A stretch of DNA of 64,000 bases, taken from assembly GCA_964390215.1 (NCBI GenBank), contig CAYMHF010000006.1, forward strand, positions 2,509 through 66,508, read 5' to 3'. Below the pieces are notes generated by a model, which ran no database searches, was not told where the DNA came from, and saw only the letters and a list, made by a program, of their open reading frames with translations. The translations under genes were made by a program, and so were the position numbers. This document shows, piece after piece, positions 47,650-59,174 of the stretch (position 1 is the stretch's first letter; every line of letters starts with the position of its first letter). The stretch is from an uncultured Dokdonella sp. (GTDB lineage: Bacteria > Pseudomonadota > Gammaproteobacteria > Xanthomonadales > Rhodanobacteraceae).

Positions 47650-48690
47650 TCACGGTTCAGCGGCCAGGCGCCAATTGAGGGTCAGGGCGACATCGGACGA
47701 ATGCAATGCGGGCAGGTCTTCAGCCATGGTGAGCTGAAACTCGGAGCGCTTGCCGATGCGTCGGCTCAAGCCGAAATTGAGTTGATTGCTGGTGCTGCCG
47801 AGGAAATCCGGAAGCTGCCGGTAGAGCGCGCCATGCGCGTCGGATTGCAACAGTGCGCTCCAGTTTTCGCCGAGCCGATAGCGCAGCAGAATGCTGGCGA
47901 ACGGCACCAGACTGCGGGCATGCTCATCGAGCAGGTCGTTGCCGGTTCGCAGCAGGGCTCCTGCGCGTGCACCGAAGGCCGTGCGTTCGCCGACCTGGAT
48001 CAGGGTGAAGGCGGACAATGAAACATCCGTGCTGCCACTGTCGGTCAATCGGCTCACGCTGCCGGTCGCAAATTTGGTGCCGAGCGAAATGCCGGCCATG
48101 TCCTGGTTGTCGAACGTCCACCGGCGGGTCAGGTCAACCAGCAACGGTGCAACCCCTGATGTGGCGTGCTCCAGCGAGTAAGGCGCCGCGCCGCTGCCGC
48201 GCACCTCGATCGCCGGTGCCGAGGTGCCGAGTCGACCACGATCGCCATTGTCGAATCCGAATGTGCGGTGGAAGCGTTCGATCGGCCCGTCCAGAAACCC
48301 GTCGCCGACCGACAGATGGCCAAGCGATGCGCGCAGGCTCCATTGGTCGTTGAACGCGTAGGCCGCGCTGATCCGGGATTCGTGAGTCTCCGCGTCAAAC
48401 AGCAGCGATGAATTGCCGCCGAATTGTTCGAGTTCGGTGTTGGCAATGTTGAACGTGGCATCGACCTGCCAGCGCTGCGCGGACGGAATCGAAGGCGCCA
48501 GCGGAAGTCCGCTGGCAAGCACGAACGGGTTCTGGTCGCGGGTTTGCAGCCATGCCGCCATCGGCTCGCTCGCTTCGGCGACCATCGGCATCCAGAAAAT
48601 GATCGCCAGGGAACTGGCGACAACACGAGAACGATTCGAGAAATATCGCATAACCAATTGAATACAAGGATTTTTGCTACCAATTATCAC
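47650..48690 (-). CDS. DUF3187-like outer-membrane protein
   Basis: [21 protein letters not shown]; beta-strand pattern; true start probably downstream of 48690. Confidence 0.7.
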   Translation of the reverse strand: MIIGSKNPCIQLVMRYFSNRSRVVASSLAIIFWMPMVAEASEPMAAWLQTRDQNPFVLASGLPLAPSIPSAQRWQVDATFNIANTELEQFGGNSSLLFDAETHESRISAAYAFNDQWSLRASLGHLSVGDGFLDGPIERFHRTFGFDNGDRGRLGTSAPAIEVRGSGAAPYSLEHATSGVAPLLVDLTRRWTFDNQDMAGISLGTKFATGSVSRLTDSGSTDVSLSAFTLIQVGERTAFGARAGALLRTGNDLLDEHARSLVPFASILLRYRLGENWSALLQSDAHGALYRQLPDFLGSTSNQLNFGLSRRIGKRSEFQLTMAEDLPALHSSDVALTLNWRLAAEP

Positions 48691-50294
48691 ATGCGGAAGA
48701 CGCCGTAGCGGCCGGCTTCGATCGGCGCATTGAGCGAGGCGGAGATCGCAAGTCCAAGCACGCGACGGGTATCGACCGGATCAATGATGCCGTCGTCCCA
48801 GAGTCGGGCGCTGGCATAGTAGGGATGCCCCTGATGTTCGTATTGCTCGCGGATCGGTGTCTTGAATTCGGCTTCCGCCTCGGCCGACCAGGTCTTGCCT
48901 GCGCCTTCGAGACCATCGCGCTTGACCGTGGCCAGCACGCTGGCCGCCTGCTCGCCACCCATTACGCTGATGCGCGAGTTCGGCCACATCCAGAGAAACC
49001 GCGCGCCGTAGGCGCGACCGCACATCGCGTAGTTGCCGGCACCGAAACTGCCGCCGATGACAACCGTGAATTTCGGTACGTGCGAGCAGGCCACGGCGGT
49101 GACCATTTTCGCACCGTCCCTGGCGATACCGGCATTTTCGTACTTGCGCCCGACCATGAAGCCGGTGATGTTCTGCAGGAACACGAGCGGAATGTTGCGC
49201 TGGTTGCACAGCTCGATGAAGTGCGCGCCCTTGAGCGCCGATTCGGCAAACAGGATGCCGTTGTTGGCAACGATGCCGATGGGATAGCCATGGATATGCG
49301 CGAAGCCGGTGATCAGGGTCTTCGCGTAGCGTGCCTTGAATTCGGTGAATTCCGAACCATCGACGATGCGCGCGATCAGTTCGCGGATATCGAACGGGAT
49401 GCGCGTCTCGCGCGGCACAATGCCGTAAATCTCGTCGGCGGCATACGCTGGTTCGCGGGGTTCGACAAGCGCAAGCGGCATGGCCTTGCTGCGATTGAGG
49501 TTGCCAACCAGCTCACGCGCGATGCTCAGCGCGTGCGTGTCGTTTTCGGCGAAATGATCGGCCACGCCGGAAACCGAGGTATGCACGTCGGCGCCACCAA
49601 GGGATTCGGCATCGACAATTTCACCGGTGGCAGCCTTGACCAGAGGCGGGCCGCCGAGAAAGATCGTGCCCTGTTCCTTGACGATGATGGTCTCGTCGCT
49701 CATCGCCGGAACATAAGCGCCGCCGGCGGTGCACGAGCCCATGACCACGGCGATCTGGGCAATGCCAAGCGCGCTCATGCGTGCCTGGTTGTAGAAGATG
49801 CGCCCGAAATGCTCCTTGTCCGGAAACACATCGTCCTGCAGCGGCAGATAGGCGCCGCCTGAATCGACCAGATAGATGCACGGAAGGCGATTTTCCAGCG
49901 CAACTTCCTGAGCGCGCAGATGCTTCTTCACGGTGATCGGGAAATAGGTGCCGCCCTTGACCGTCGCGTCATTGGCGACCACCAGCACTTCCTGTCCCCT
50001 GACCCGACCGATGCCGGTAATCAGGCCCGCGCACGGTGCGGCGTCGCCATACATGCCGTGCGCGGCAAGTGGCGAAAGTTCGAGGAAGGGCGAGCCGGGA
50101 TCGAGCAGGGCACGGATACGCTCGCGTGGCAGCAACTTGCCGCGCTCGGTGTGCTTGCTGCGGGCCTTCTCGCCGCCGCCCTGGGAGGTTGTGCGGAGTT
50201 GCTGCTTGAGATCATCGACCAGGCCGCGCAGATGCTCGGCGTTGGCAAGGAAATCGGGTGAGCGAGGATCAATCCGGGATTGAATGCAGGGCAT
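48687..50294 (-). CDS. liuB: 3-methylcrotonyl-CoA carboxylase beta subunit
   Basis: [42 protein letters not shown]. Confidence 0.93.
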   Translation of the reverse strand: MPCIQSRIDPRSPDFLANAEHLRGLVDDLKQQLRTTSQGGGEKARSKHTERGKLLPRERIRALLDPGSPFLELSPLAAHGMYGDAAPCAGLITGIGRVRGQEVLVVANDATVKGGTYFPITVKKHLRAQEVALENRLPCIYLVDSGGAYLPLQDDVFPDKEHFGRIFYNQARMSALGIAQIAVVMGSCTAGGAYVPAMSDETIIVKEQGTIFLGGPPLVKAATGEIVDAESLGGADVHTSVSGVADHFAENDTHALSIARELVGNLNRSKAMPLALVEPREPAYAADEIYGIVPRETRIPFDIRELIARIVDGSEFTEFKARYAKTLITGFAHIHGYPIGIVANNGILFAESALKGAHFIELCNQRNIPLVFLQNITGFMVGRKYENAGIARDGAKMVTAVACSHVPKFTVVIGGSFGAGNYAMCGRAYGARFLWMWPNSRISVMGGEQAASVLATVKRDGLEGAGKTWSAEAEAEFKTPIREQYEHQGHPYYASARLWDDGIIDPVDTRRVLGLAISASLNAPIEAGRYGVFRM

Positions 50295-50366
50295 GGCGGT
50301 CGTGCTTCGAAGAAAACCGTTGGATCAGATCACAGCGAGTCGTGGTTTGCCAGCAACGAATCCGGC

Positions 50367-50395
50367 AAACGAAACCGGCCGCACAGGGCGGCCGG
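50367..50395 (-). terminator. Rho-independent terminator
   Basis: Minus strand CCGGCCGC-CCTGT-GCGGCCGG followed by TTTCGTTT. Confidence 0.85.
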
Positions 50396-50419
50396 CGAAT
50401 CGTGACTCTGGAAGCAGAA

Positions 50420-50770
50420 TCAATGCTTGGCGTCGTCGTCCTTCTTCTCTTCGACGGCTTCCTTCGCCGTGTCTGCGGCCTTGCTTGCTGCATCAGCAGC
50501 ATCGCCAGCCGCCTGCTTGGCGCTGTCAGCGGCATCGGCAGCCGCATCCATGGTTGCCGTGGCGGCGCCGTCAACGGCGGCGCTAGTGGCGTCAGCAGCA
50601 GTCTTGGCGGCCATGGCGGCCTCGTCGGCAGCTTTCTGTGTCGCAGCTGCCGCTTCCTGAGCTGCCTTCGCTGCGGCATCCGCAGCCTGCTGAGCGTCCT
50701 TCTGGGAGTTGTCGCAAGCGGCCAGCCCGAGAGCCAGTGCCGAAGCCAGGAGAATACGGGTGAATTTCAT
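50420..50770 (-). CDS. Ala-rich lipoprotein
   Basis: Lipobox LAAC; low-complexity A/D/K helix. Confidence 0.85.
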   Translation of the reverse strand: MKFTRILLASALALGLAACDNSQKDAQQAADAAAKAAQEAAAATQKAADEAAMAAKTAADATSAAVDGAATATMDAAADAADSAKQAAGDAADAASKAADTAKEAVEEKKDDDAKH

Positions 50771-50924
50771 GGTGTCCCCTCAAGTTGAAGCGGCGCATCA
50801 GGGTGTTCGGTGGGCTGCCCGCCGCATTGGCAACTTCCGTGACCAGGCACACAACTGCTTGGCTTATCTGGTGTCGATGACAAGCTGCTGAGCATACTGT
50901 ATCTGCTGAAACAGCAACAAATCG

Positions 50925-52103
50925 TTACGCAACTTCGATTGCGATCGCGGTTGCCTCGCCACCGCCGATGCACAGGCTGGCCACTCCGCGCTTGCCGCCA
51001 CGGGCTTTTAGCGCGTTGATCAGGGTGACAACCAGGCGTGCGCCGGATGCGCCGATCGGATGGCCCAATGCACAGGCGCCGCCGTTGACGTTGATCTTCT
51101 CGTGCGGAATGCCGAGTTCTCGAATTGGAGCCATCGCAACCACTGCAAACGCCTCGTTGATCTCAAACAAATCGACATTCTCGATCTTCCAGCCGACCTG
51201 TTCGAGCACGCGCTTGATGGCACCGACTGGCGCGGTGGTGAACCATTCCGGTTCCTGCGAATTGGTCGCATGGCCGACGATCGTGGCGAGTGGCTTGTAG
51301 CCACGCCTGGCTGCTTCATCCGTCGACATGACGATGGTCGCGGCCGCGCCATCGGAGATGCTCGATGAGCTGGCCGCCGTGACCGTGCCGCCATCCTTGC
51401 GGAAGGCCGGTTTCAGGGTCGGAACCTTGCTGATGTCGGATTTGCCCGGTTGTTCGTCCGTGGTGAACTCGACATCGCCCTTGCGCGTCGACACGGTGAC
51501 CGCAGCGATCTCGTCGGTGAACGCGCCGGATGCGATCGCGGCCTGCGCGCGTTTGACCGATTCGATCGCGAATGCATCCTGCTCTGCCCGCGTGAACTTG
51601 TACTTGTCGGCGGTGGCTTCGGCGAACACACCCATCGACTGGCCGTCGTAGGGGTTGGTCAGACCGTCCCAGGCCATGTGGTCGACCGCATTGAAATTGC
51701 CGTAGCGATTGCCGGTACGCGAATTCGGCAGCATGTGCGGCGCATTGGTCATCGACTCCATGCCGCCGGCGACCACGATATGGGCTGAACCGGCCTTGAT
51801 CAGGTCATGTGCCAGCATGATCGCCTTCATGCCCGAGCCGCAGACCTTGTTGATCGTGGTGCAACCGGTCGACGCAGGCAGACCGGCGGCGAGCGCGGCC
51901 TGACGTGCGGGTGCCTGGCCCAGATTGGCGGGCAGCACACAGCCCATGATGACTTCGGAGACATCGGCGGCCGGAACGCCGGATTGCGCCAGCGCGGCCT
52001 TGATGGCGGTGGCGCCGAGGCTCGTGGTGGGGACGCCAGTGAACTGGCCGAGGAAGGAACCAATGGCGGTGCGCTTGGCTCCGACGATGACGATACCGGA
52101 CAT
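50925..52103 (-). CDS. Acetyl-CoA C-acyltransferase (thiolase)
   Basis: NKVCGSG, EINEAFA, GHPIGASG, LCIGGG. Confidence 0.96.
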   Translation of the reverse strand: MSGIVIVGAKRTAIGSFLGQFTGVPTTSLGATAIKAALAQSGVPAADVSEVIMGCVLPANLGQAPARQAALAAGLPASTGCTTINKVCGSGMKAIMLAHDLIKAGSAHIVVAGGMESMTNAPHMLPNSRTGNRYGNFNAVDHMAWDGLTNPYDGQSMGVFAEATADKYKFTRAEQDAFAIESVKRAQAAIASGAFTDEIAAVTVSTRKGDVEFTTDEQPGKSDISKVPTLKPAFRKDGGTVTAASSSSISDGAAATIVMSTDEAARRGYKPLATIVGHATNSQEPEWFTTAPVGAIKRVLEQVGWKIENVDLFEINEAFAVVAMAPIRELGIPHEKINVNGGACALGHPIGASGARLVVTLINALKARGGKRGVASLCIGGGEATAIAIEVA

Positions 52104-52264
52104 GGAAAAGCCTCCAGGAAGATATGCGGCGCGATGCGGGTAAGACCGTGCCGGAAAGGAATTGATTATCGCACGATGGCCACAAGCAACGACACGCGAA
52201 GGTCTTGCCCGCCGTGCCTGGACACAAACTTGACCTCGAACGCAAAGAATTCAAGGATGTGTGC

Positions 52265-53491
52265 ATGAAAACAGCAAATTTCACCCCGCGGCTGACGGCA
52301 TCGTTGTTGCCTGCCATTCTGGCCGGAAATGCCTTTGCAGCCACAATCGCCGTGACGACAACTGCCGATTCAATCGCCGACGATGGCCAATGCGGTTTGC
52401 GCGAAGCGATCACTGCGGCAAATACCGATTCCGCGTTCATGGGCTGCACAGGCGGCAACGGTGCAGACGAGATCATGCTGGCGGCAGGGGAATACCGCCT
52501 CGAGTTGGCCGGCGCCGGCGAGGACGCGAATGCCAGCGGCGACCTTGACGTGCGCAGCAGCCTGGTTCTGCGCGGTGCCGGCGCCGACGTCACGCGCATC
52601 CGTGGCGACCGTGACGACCGCGTATTCGACCTGGCCTTGCCCGGCGCGGGACAGCCAATCAGCGTGACCTTGCAAGGCGTGACCGTGCGCAATGGCGCCG
52701 GATTGCTCGGCGGCGCCATTCTGAACAATGCCGGCGTGATCCTGCTGGTCACGGATTGCTCGTTCACCGGCAACGGCGCAGACCAGGGTGCCGCCATAGC
52801 CTCAATGGGTACGCTGGACGTCGAGAACTCGGTGTTCCATGCCAACGACGCTTCCGAAGGTGGTGCGATCTGGACATCCGGCACGGGCGTCAGCTCGATA
52901 CGCAACGTCACCTTCGATTCCAATACCAGCACCGGCTCGGGCTCGGTCGCCGTGCTCAATGCCGCGGCTTCGTTCAACAACGTGACCCTGAGCCAGAATA
53001 TTGCCGACAGCGACCTCGACGACATTGGCGACGGCGCCCTCGTCGCCAACGCCAGCGTTTCGATATCCAACAGCATCATCGCGCGCAACGTCGATCTCAG
53101 CCTTGGCGGCAACGCGCTGGTGAATCCTGATTGTGCGGTCGGGCCTGGCGGCACCCTGGATTCCGCAGGTTACAACCTGATCGGCAATATCGGACATGCC
53201 TGCACATTGAGCAATGCGCAGACCGGTGATCAGGTCGGCAATTCAGCGCAGCCGATCAACCCCCTGTTGCAACCATTCGCGAACTATGGCGGTACCGTCG
53301 AGGTATTCCTGCCAACCGTCAACAGCCCTGCCATCGAGCGCGGCAGTCCCGCCCCGGTTGGCGACCCTGGCGCTTGTGAAGCAACCGATGCGCGCGGAAT
53401 CACGCGCCCGCAGGCGATGCGCTGTGACATCGGTGCAGCTGAACTCGACGACCTGATTTACCGCGACGGTTTCGATCCGCCATTGCCCTGA
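52265..53491 (+). CDS. Exported CSLREA / choice-of-anchor Q beta-helix protein
   Basis: Signal peptide; CGLREAITAAN, GDLDV, SPAIERG, CDIGAAE; tail DDLIYRDGFD. Confidence 0.88.
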   Translation: MKTANFTPRLTASLLPAILAGNAFAATIAVTTTADSIADDGQCGLREAITAANTDSAFMGCTGGNGADEIMLAAGEYRLELAGAGEDANASGDLDVRSSLVLRGAGADVTRIRGDRDDRVFDLALPGAGQPISVTLQGVTVRNGAGLLGGAILNNAGVILLVTDCSFTGNGADQGAAIASMGTLDVENSVFHANDASEGGAIWTSGTGVSSIRNVTFDSNTSTGSGSVAVLNAAASFNNVTLSQNIADSDLDDIGDGALVANASVSISNSIIARNVDLSLGGNALVNPDCAVGPGGTLDSAGYNLIGNIGHACTLSNAQTGDQVGNSAQPINPLLQPFANYGGTVEVFLPTVNSPAIERGSPAPVGDPGACEATDARGITRPQAMRCDIGAAELDDLIYRDGFDPPLP

Positions 53492-53520
53492 GCTCGGCAG
53501 ATTCGCATCTTGCGTGCATC

Positions 53521-54780
53521 ATGAGTACTTTCCGCGAATGCTTGCCCAGCCTCAGCGCACAGCAGGCGCGCAACCTGCACCTCGATATCCAGGGTCTGCT
53601 GCGCAGGCCGCCCGCACGGGTGGGCCGGGCCGATCTGCTGGCAACAATCGAGCGCATGCGCTTGTTGCAGATCGACACCATCCACGTTGTCGCACGCAGT
53701 CCATACCTGGTGCTGTTCTCACGGCTTGGGCACTACCCGGCCGACTGGCTCGATCAGGCCCTGGCGCAGGGCAGGATCTTTGAAGGATGGTCGCATGAAG
53801 CCTGTTTCATGCCGGTTTCGGCGTTTGCCCTGCATCGCGCGCATCAGGCCTGCGGCGCACGTGACAATCATTGGGCGAGCAAACATGCCGCACGCGCCCA
53901 AGGTGCGCAGCGCGCCGGCATGGATGCGGTGCTTGCCCGCATCCGCGAGCAAGGCCCGGCCAAGGCTTCCGATTTCGGGACAAGCAAGCGGGTCAAGACT
54001 GGCTGGTGGGGCTGGAAGGACGAAAAACGCTGGCTTGAGGCCCTGTTCGTCCGCGGCGAATTGATGGTCTCGCGACGCGAACGATTCCAGCGCGTCTACG
54101 ATCTCAGCGAGCGTGTCATCGCGCGCATGGATGCGGAACCCGGCACCGACACGCTCAACGTGGCCGACATCGAGCGTCGCCTGATCGTGGATTCGGTCAA
54201 GGCACTCGGCATCACCCAGGCGCGCTGGATCGCCGACTATTACCGCACGCGACCACGGCACAAGGATGGCGATCTGGATGACCTGGTCAACGCAGGCGAG
54301 TTGCTGCGCCTCAAGGTTCTTGGCTGGGAAAATCCGGCCTACGTGCATCGTGAACATGCCGCACGCGCGCAACAGGCCATCGCCGGCAAGCTGCGTGCAA
54401 CCCACACGACCTTGTTGTCACCATTCGATCCGGTGGTCTGGGATCGTGCCCGCGCCAGCACGATGTTCGGTTTCAACTACACCATCGAATGCTATGTGCC
54501 CGAGGCGAAACGTCGTTACGGGTATTTCGTCCTGCCGATCCTGCATCGCGGTGAGCTGGTCGGGCGTCTCGACGCCAAGGCACATCGCAGCGAAGGTGTG
54601 TTCGAGGTCAAGAGTATCCACCTCGAAGTCGGCATCAAGCCTGCAGACAGCATGACCGAGGCGATCGCCAAAGCGATTCAGGCCTGCGCCGACTGGCACG
54701 AAACCCCCGATGTCAGCGTGCGCCGCAGTGAGCCGCGGTCATTTGCGACCGCACTCCGCCAAAGTCTGCGTTTCGCATAG
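53521..54780 (+). CDS. ycaQ: YcaQ/AlkZ-family crosslink-repair DNA glycosylase
   Basis: LLQIDTIHVVARSPY, LLSPFDPVVWDR, KRRYGYFVLP. Confidence 0.9.
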   Translation: MSTFRECLPSLSAQQARNLHLDIQGLLRRPPARVGRADLLATIERMRLLQIDTIHVVARSPYLVLFSRLGHYPADWLDQALAQGRIFEGWSHEACFMPVSAFALHRAHQACGARDNHWASKHAARAQGAQRAGMDAVLARIREQGPAKASDFGTSKRVKTGWWGWKDEKRWLEALFVRGELMVSRRERFQRVYDLSERVIARMDAEPGTDTLNVADIERRLIVDSVKALGITQARWIADYYRTRPRHKDGDLDDLVNAGELLRLKVLGWENPAYVHREHAARAQQAIAGKLRATHTTLLSPFDPVVWDRARASTMFGFNYTIECYVPEAKRRYGYFVLPILHRGELVGRLDAKAHRSEGVFEVKSIHLEVGIKPADSMTEAIAKAIQACADWHETPDVSVRRSEPRSFATALRQSLRFA

Positions 54781-54951
54781 GGCTGCAACGCTCGCGAATC
54801 CCGGGGTCAAGGGGATTTCGCTCGTCAGATTCCGTCAGCTGCGGTTCTTTCTGGCAGCATGCCGGGGTCTGCTCGGCCGGGTTGCCGCGTTTCCCTTCGC
54901 CGCTCGCTCTGCGATCATGGGCGGCCAACCGACACTCGCAGCGACGCACTC

Positions 54952-55884
54952 ATGGATTTCGAACACGGCATCACGGCGATCGACACCGGCTTCCATCGCC
55001 CGTGCTTCGATGCCAGCCACCTGATCGTCGAGCGCGGGCGTGCGGCCTTCATCGATGTCGGCACCAATTACTCGATTCCATTCCTGCTCGCCGAGCTTGA
55101 TGCCAAAGGCATCTCCCGCGAAGCGGTCGACTACGTGATCGTTACCCACGTGCATCTCGACCATGCCGGCGGCGCCGGCGAGATCATCCGGCAGTTGCCA
55201 AATGCCCGACTGGCCGTGCATCCGCGCGGCGCGCCGCACATGATCAATCCGGCGCGGCTGGTGGCCAGCGCATCATCGGTCTACGGCGCCGACGAAGTGC
55301 AACGAACCTATGGCGAGCTTGTTCCGGTTCCGGCAGAACGGGTTGTCGAAATTCGCGATGAGGCGATCATCGATTTCGCTGGCCGGCCGCTGCGCTGCCT
55401 CGATACACCGGGTCATGCGCGACATCATTTTTCGGTCTGGGATGAGCGCAGCCGTTCGTTCTTCTGCGGCGACACCTTCGGCCTGTCCTATCGCGAATTC
55501 GATACTGCAAACGGAGCCTTCATCCTGCCGACCACGACACCGGTGCAGTTTGATCCCGTCGCGCTGAAGGGCTCGATTGCACGCATGCTGCTGTTCAAGC
55601 CGGATGCGATGTTCCTGACCCATTACAGCCGGGTCAGCAATGTCGAGCGTCTGGGCCGGGAGTTGTTCGAGCAGATTGATGCGATGGTCGTGATCGCTGA
55701 ATCAAGCGCCGGACAACCGGATCGACACGGATTCCTGAAGGAAAAACTGGCGGAACTCTATCTTGGTCGTGCCAGGGACCATGGTTGCTCGTTGCCGCAC
55801 CATCGCATGATGGAACTGCTTGCTTCGGATATTGAATTGAATGCGCAGGGTTTGGAGATCTGGCTGGATCACGGACGTCGTTGA
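54952..55884 (+). CDS. MBL-fold metallohydrolase
   Basis: THVHLDHAGG, TPGHARHH, LPTTTPVQFDP. Confidence 0.92.
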   Translation: MDFEHGITAIDTGFHRPCFDASHLIVERGRAAFIDVGTNYSIPFLLAELDAKGISREAVDYVIVTHVHLDHAGGAGEIIRQLPNARLAVHPRGAPHMINPARLVASASSVYGADEVQRTYGELVPVPAERVVEIRDEAIIDFAGRPLRCLDTPGHARHHFSVWDERSRSFFCGDTFGLSYREFDTANGAFILPTTTPVQFDPVALKGSIARMLLFKPDAMFLTHYSRVSNVERLGRELFEQIDAMVVIAESSAGQPDRHGFLKEKLAELYLGRARDHGCSLPHHRMMELLASDIELNAQGLEIWLDHGRR

Positions 55885-56246
55885 CGTACGGACTTCGATT
55901 CCGCCACGATCGGCGGCGCGGGCTTCGATCACTCCCATGCGTTGCCGCTTCGTAGTTGGCTGGATCACGGGCGTCGTCGAATTGAGCTGGCTGGAGAATA
56001 GGCCCTCATGTGACGCCGGAGTGAGCAGGTTTGTCGCAGAGTGAATGCGGCGGCGATTGGTTTCCCCTCACTCTGTTCGAAATGCATCGCGGCTAAAGCT
56101 GCCTCCTACAACGAAGCGGCAAGCGAAACCCGCCATTGAAGCCCGCGCCGCCGTTCGCCCGCTCTTTGTAGGAAGCAGCTTTAGCCACGATGCTTTTCTT
56201 CTCGTAGTCCAATCGAAGGACATCGCCCATGAAGGGCCTCCTGCGA
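55861..56246. repeat. GTAG-family REP/REPIN cluster with local duplications
   Basis: Inverted REP pair 56084-56110 and 56167-56193 (25/27); degenerate third copy 56222-56246; direct repeat 55861-55884 and 55957-55980. Confidence 0.85.
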
Positions 56247-56268
56247 AGAGTGCGTTCGGCAATAACGC

Positions 56269-57156
56269 TCACTCCTGCTTCGGCCACTCCACCACGCCAC
56301 TGACCACGGTCTGCGTCGGCCCACCGACCCAGACGGTTGCATCGAGGTCGATGCGCAGGGTCAGTTCGGCATCGTGACCGATCTCGCGGCCCTGACTGAC
56401 GGTATAGCCGCGAGCCAGTGGCCCTTGCGGTTCAGCATGCGCGATGTAGGCCGCAACGAGTCCGTTTGCCGCGCCCGATGCGGGATCTTCGATGATGCCG
56501 ACACCGGCCGGAAAAGCGCGTACCACGAGGTCGTGACCCGGCTCGTCGCAGCGCGCGAAGACGCAGAGGCCGAGACTGTCGCTATCGAGCGCGATCTTGC
56601 GAATCGAGGCGTGATCGGGTTGCCAGGCGCGCAGCACCGCGACATCGGCGAATTCGGCCAGCCACCAGCGACGACCACCTTCGACAAAGGCCGGTGGCAA
56701 TTTGCCGAGTTTGACCTTCTTCAGCGTTGTCGCCAGCAGGCTATTCGGTTCGATCCTGGTCTTGAGCACGCTCGCCTTCGGAACCTGGATGAAAAGCCGG
56801 CGCTGATCCGATTCGCCTTCGACCCGGATTGGCAACAGGCCAGCCTGGCATTCCTGGATCAGAACGCCATCCGTTGCCTTGGAGAAACCGGAAAGCAGGG
56901 CGACATGCGCGCTGCCGATCGAAGGATGGCCGGCAAATGCGATCTCGCAGCTCGGCGTGAAGATGCGCAGTCGATAGCTTGCCGCGATCGTGGTCGGACG
57001 CAGCAAGAACGTCGTTTCGACGATGCCCGTCCACTTTGCGAATGCCTGCATGGCTGCATCGCTCCAGCCATCGGCGCCGACGACCACGCCAAGCGGATTG
57101 CCGCCACCGGGGCGACGCGTGAAGACATCAAGCTGGAAGAAGCGGTGCGATGACAT
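56269..57156 (-). CDS. PhzF-family epimerase
   Basis: QLDVF, GGNPL, EIAFAGHPSIG, EDPASGAAN. Confidence 0.92.
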   Translation of the reverse strand: MSSHRFFQLDVFTRRPGGGNPLGVVVGADGWSDAAMQAFAKWTGIVETTFLLRPTTIAASYRLRIFTPSCEIAFAGHPSIGSAHVALLSGFSKATDGVLIQECQAGLLPIRVEGESDQRRLFIQVPKASVLKTRIEPNSLLATTLKKVKLGKLPPAFVEGGRRWWLAEFADVAVLRAWQPDHASIRKIALDSDSLGLCVFARCDEPGHDLVVRAFPAGVGIIEDPASGAANGLVAAYIAHAEPQGPLARGYTVSQGREIGHDAELTLRIDLDATVWVGGPTQTVVSGVVEWPKQE

Positions 57157-57326
57157 GGAGGCAGGTAGGCAGTGGGAAATTCGGGATTCCGCGGCCGATC
57201 TCCGGCATCGGCAAGCGAGGAAACCGGGCATGTGCAGGGATCGGTCGGGTCGGAAGCTTGCCACGTCTGCCTTCGAACCGACATGCTCTGCGCGACAATC
57301 CGCATCCACCCGGCGACGAGACTGCC

Positions 57327-57998
57327 ATGATCACGGTTCACCACCTCAACAATTCCCGTTCGCAGCGCGTGCTCTGGCTGCTCGAGGAACTTGGACTCGA
57401 TTACCAGGTGATCCGCTACGAGCGTGACGCCAAGACCATGCTTGCACCGCCTGCATTGCGCAAGGTGCACCCGCTCGGCAAGTCTCCGGTGATCAGCGAC
57501 GGCGACATCACCGTGGCGGAATCCGGTGCAATCGTCGAATACCTTGTTGATCAGTATGGCCAGGGCAAGCTCAAGCCGCGCGCCGGCTCCGCCGAACAGC
57601 GCCGGTACACCTATTGGCTGCACTACGCCGAGGGCTCGGCGATGCCTCCCTTGCTGATGAGTCTGGTGTTTGCCCGCATGCCGACACAGCCCATGCCGTT
57701 CTTCGTGCGTCCAGTCGCCAAGGGCATTGCCGACAAGGTGTTGACCAGCTACATCGAGCCCCAGCTCAAGCAGCATCTTGACTACCTCGAAAGTGAACTC
57801 AAGGATCGCGACTGGTTCGCCGGCAGGAAATTCACGGCCGCCGATATCCAGATGAGCTTCCCGGTCGAGGCATTCGCCGCGCGTGGCGGGCTGGGTCGGA
57901 AACACGCCAGGCTGGCGGACTGGCTCGAGCGCATGCATGCCCGCCCGGCCTATCAGCGTGCGCTCAAGCGCGGCGGCCCGTACGATCTCTTGCGCTGA
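57327..57998 (+). CDS. Glutathione S-transferase
   Basis: HHLNNSRSQRVLWLLEE, HPLGKSP, ESGAI. Confidence 0.95.
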   Translation: MITVHHLNNSRSQRVLWLLEELGLDYQVIRYERDAKTMLAPPALRKVHPLGKSPVISDGDITVAESGAIVEYLVDQYGQGKLKPRAGSAEQRRYTYWLHYAEGSAMPPLLMSLVFARMPTQPMPFFVRPVAKGIADKVLTSYIEPQLKQHLDYLESELKDRDWFAGRKFTAADIQMSFPVEAFAARGGLGRKHARLADWLERMHARPAYQRALKRGGPYDLLR

Positions 57999-58051
57999 CC
58001 ACCCTTTCCAGAAACTGCCATTCAGTTGCGCCGCAGGGGAAAAGAAAGATC

Positions 58052-59143
58052 GTGACATCGACCGAGTTCTGGCCAGCCCTGGTGGCGCCCTTGCTCAATG
58101 GCATTGCCTTGCTGCTCGCGCTTGGTTTTCGCCGCAATCGCGCGGTCTTGGTGCTGGCGATACTGACCAGTGCATCCCTGGCCCTGACCGGCATCGGGCA
58201 TTCGGTGCTCGCAATTCGGGGCGAGGACGCAATCCGCATGTTCGCACCGTGGCTGCTGCTGGCATCCGCCGCCGTGCCCGAGCGCCGCCTGCTTGCTCGA
58301 CGCAATCTGGCCGTGCTGACAACGCTCGCGGTTGCGCTCTGGCTGACCCTGGCCGCGCCTGCGCACATCTGGCCGCTGTTGCGCGATGCCCTGCCACTCG
58401 GCTGGCTTGACTTGAAAGCCGGACTGGTCGGTGCCGGCCTGGTGTTTGTTGGCGCGATCGTGTGCTGGACACGTTGGCTGGCAGCGCGGACTGCCATGGA
58501 GTCTGCGCTGGGTTTCGCGCTGATCCTGGTCGCGATTGCCTTGCTGCCGACGATGCGCGCAGGCGCGATCAGTGACCTGCTCGCAGTCGCCGGCGCAATC
58601 ATGGTCGCGGCGATCCTGCTCACCTCGTACCGGATGGCCTTTGTCGATGGGCTCGCCGGATTGCCGAACCGACGCGCACTTGACGAGGCATTGGTGCGAC
58701 TGTCCGGGGACTTCATGCTGGCCATGGTCGATGTCGACCATTTCAAGGCCTTCAATGATCGTCACGGCCATGCGGCCGGGGATCGCGTGCTTCAGGCGGT
58801 TGCCGGGCAGTTGAAGGCAACTCGCGGTGCCAGCGCCTATCGCTACGGTGGCGAGGAGTTCTGTCTGGTTTTCACTGGCGCAGGTAGGCGACAGGCTGAA
58901 GAATCCTGCGAGGAATTGCGCGAGCGGATCGAGTCGATGCGTGTCAAGGTTCGATCCACGCCGGTGCGAAAGCGGACTTCATCTAGGCCAAACAGGGATT
59001 CGAGCATGGTCAGTGTCACGATCAGCATCGGTCTGGCCACACGCAGCGGGCGCGAGCGCAGCGGCGCCGAGGTTCTCAAGGCAGCCGACAAGGCGCTGTA
59101 TGCCGCCAAGGCGAAGGGACGCAATCGGGTGGTCGCGCGCTGA
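58052..59143 (+). CDS. Membrane-bound diguanylate cyclase
   Basis: Multiple TMs; DVDHFKAFND, RYGGEEF, KAKGRNR; no RxxD I-site. Confidence 0.9.
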   Translation: MTSTEFWPALVAPLLNGIALLLALGFRRNRAVLVLAILTSASLALTGIGHSVLAIRGEDAIRMFAPWLLLASAAVPERRLLARRNLAVLTTLAVALWLTLAAPAHIWPLLRDALPLGWLDLKAGLVGAGLVFVGAIVCWTRWLAARTAMESALGFALILVAIALLPTMRAGAISDLLAVAGAIMVAAILLTSYRMAFVDGLAGLPNRRALDEALVRLSGDFMLAMVDVDHFKAFNDRHGHAAGDRVLQAVAGQLKATRGASAYRYGGEEFCLVFTGAGRRQAEESCEELRERIESMRVKVRSTPVRKRTSSRPNRDSSMVSVTISIGLATRSGRERSGAEVLKAADKALYAAKAKGRNRVVAR

Positions 59144-59174
59144 TCCGATCATGGTCATGGTTCCGCACTGCGTT

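Noticed and set aside
51805..53154. 449-aa minus ORF
   Set aside because: Antisense to the well-supported CSLREA protein.
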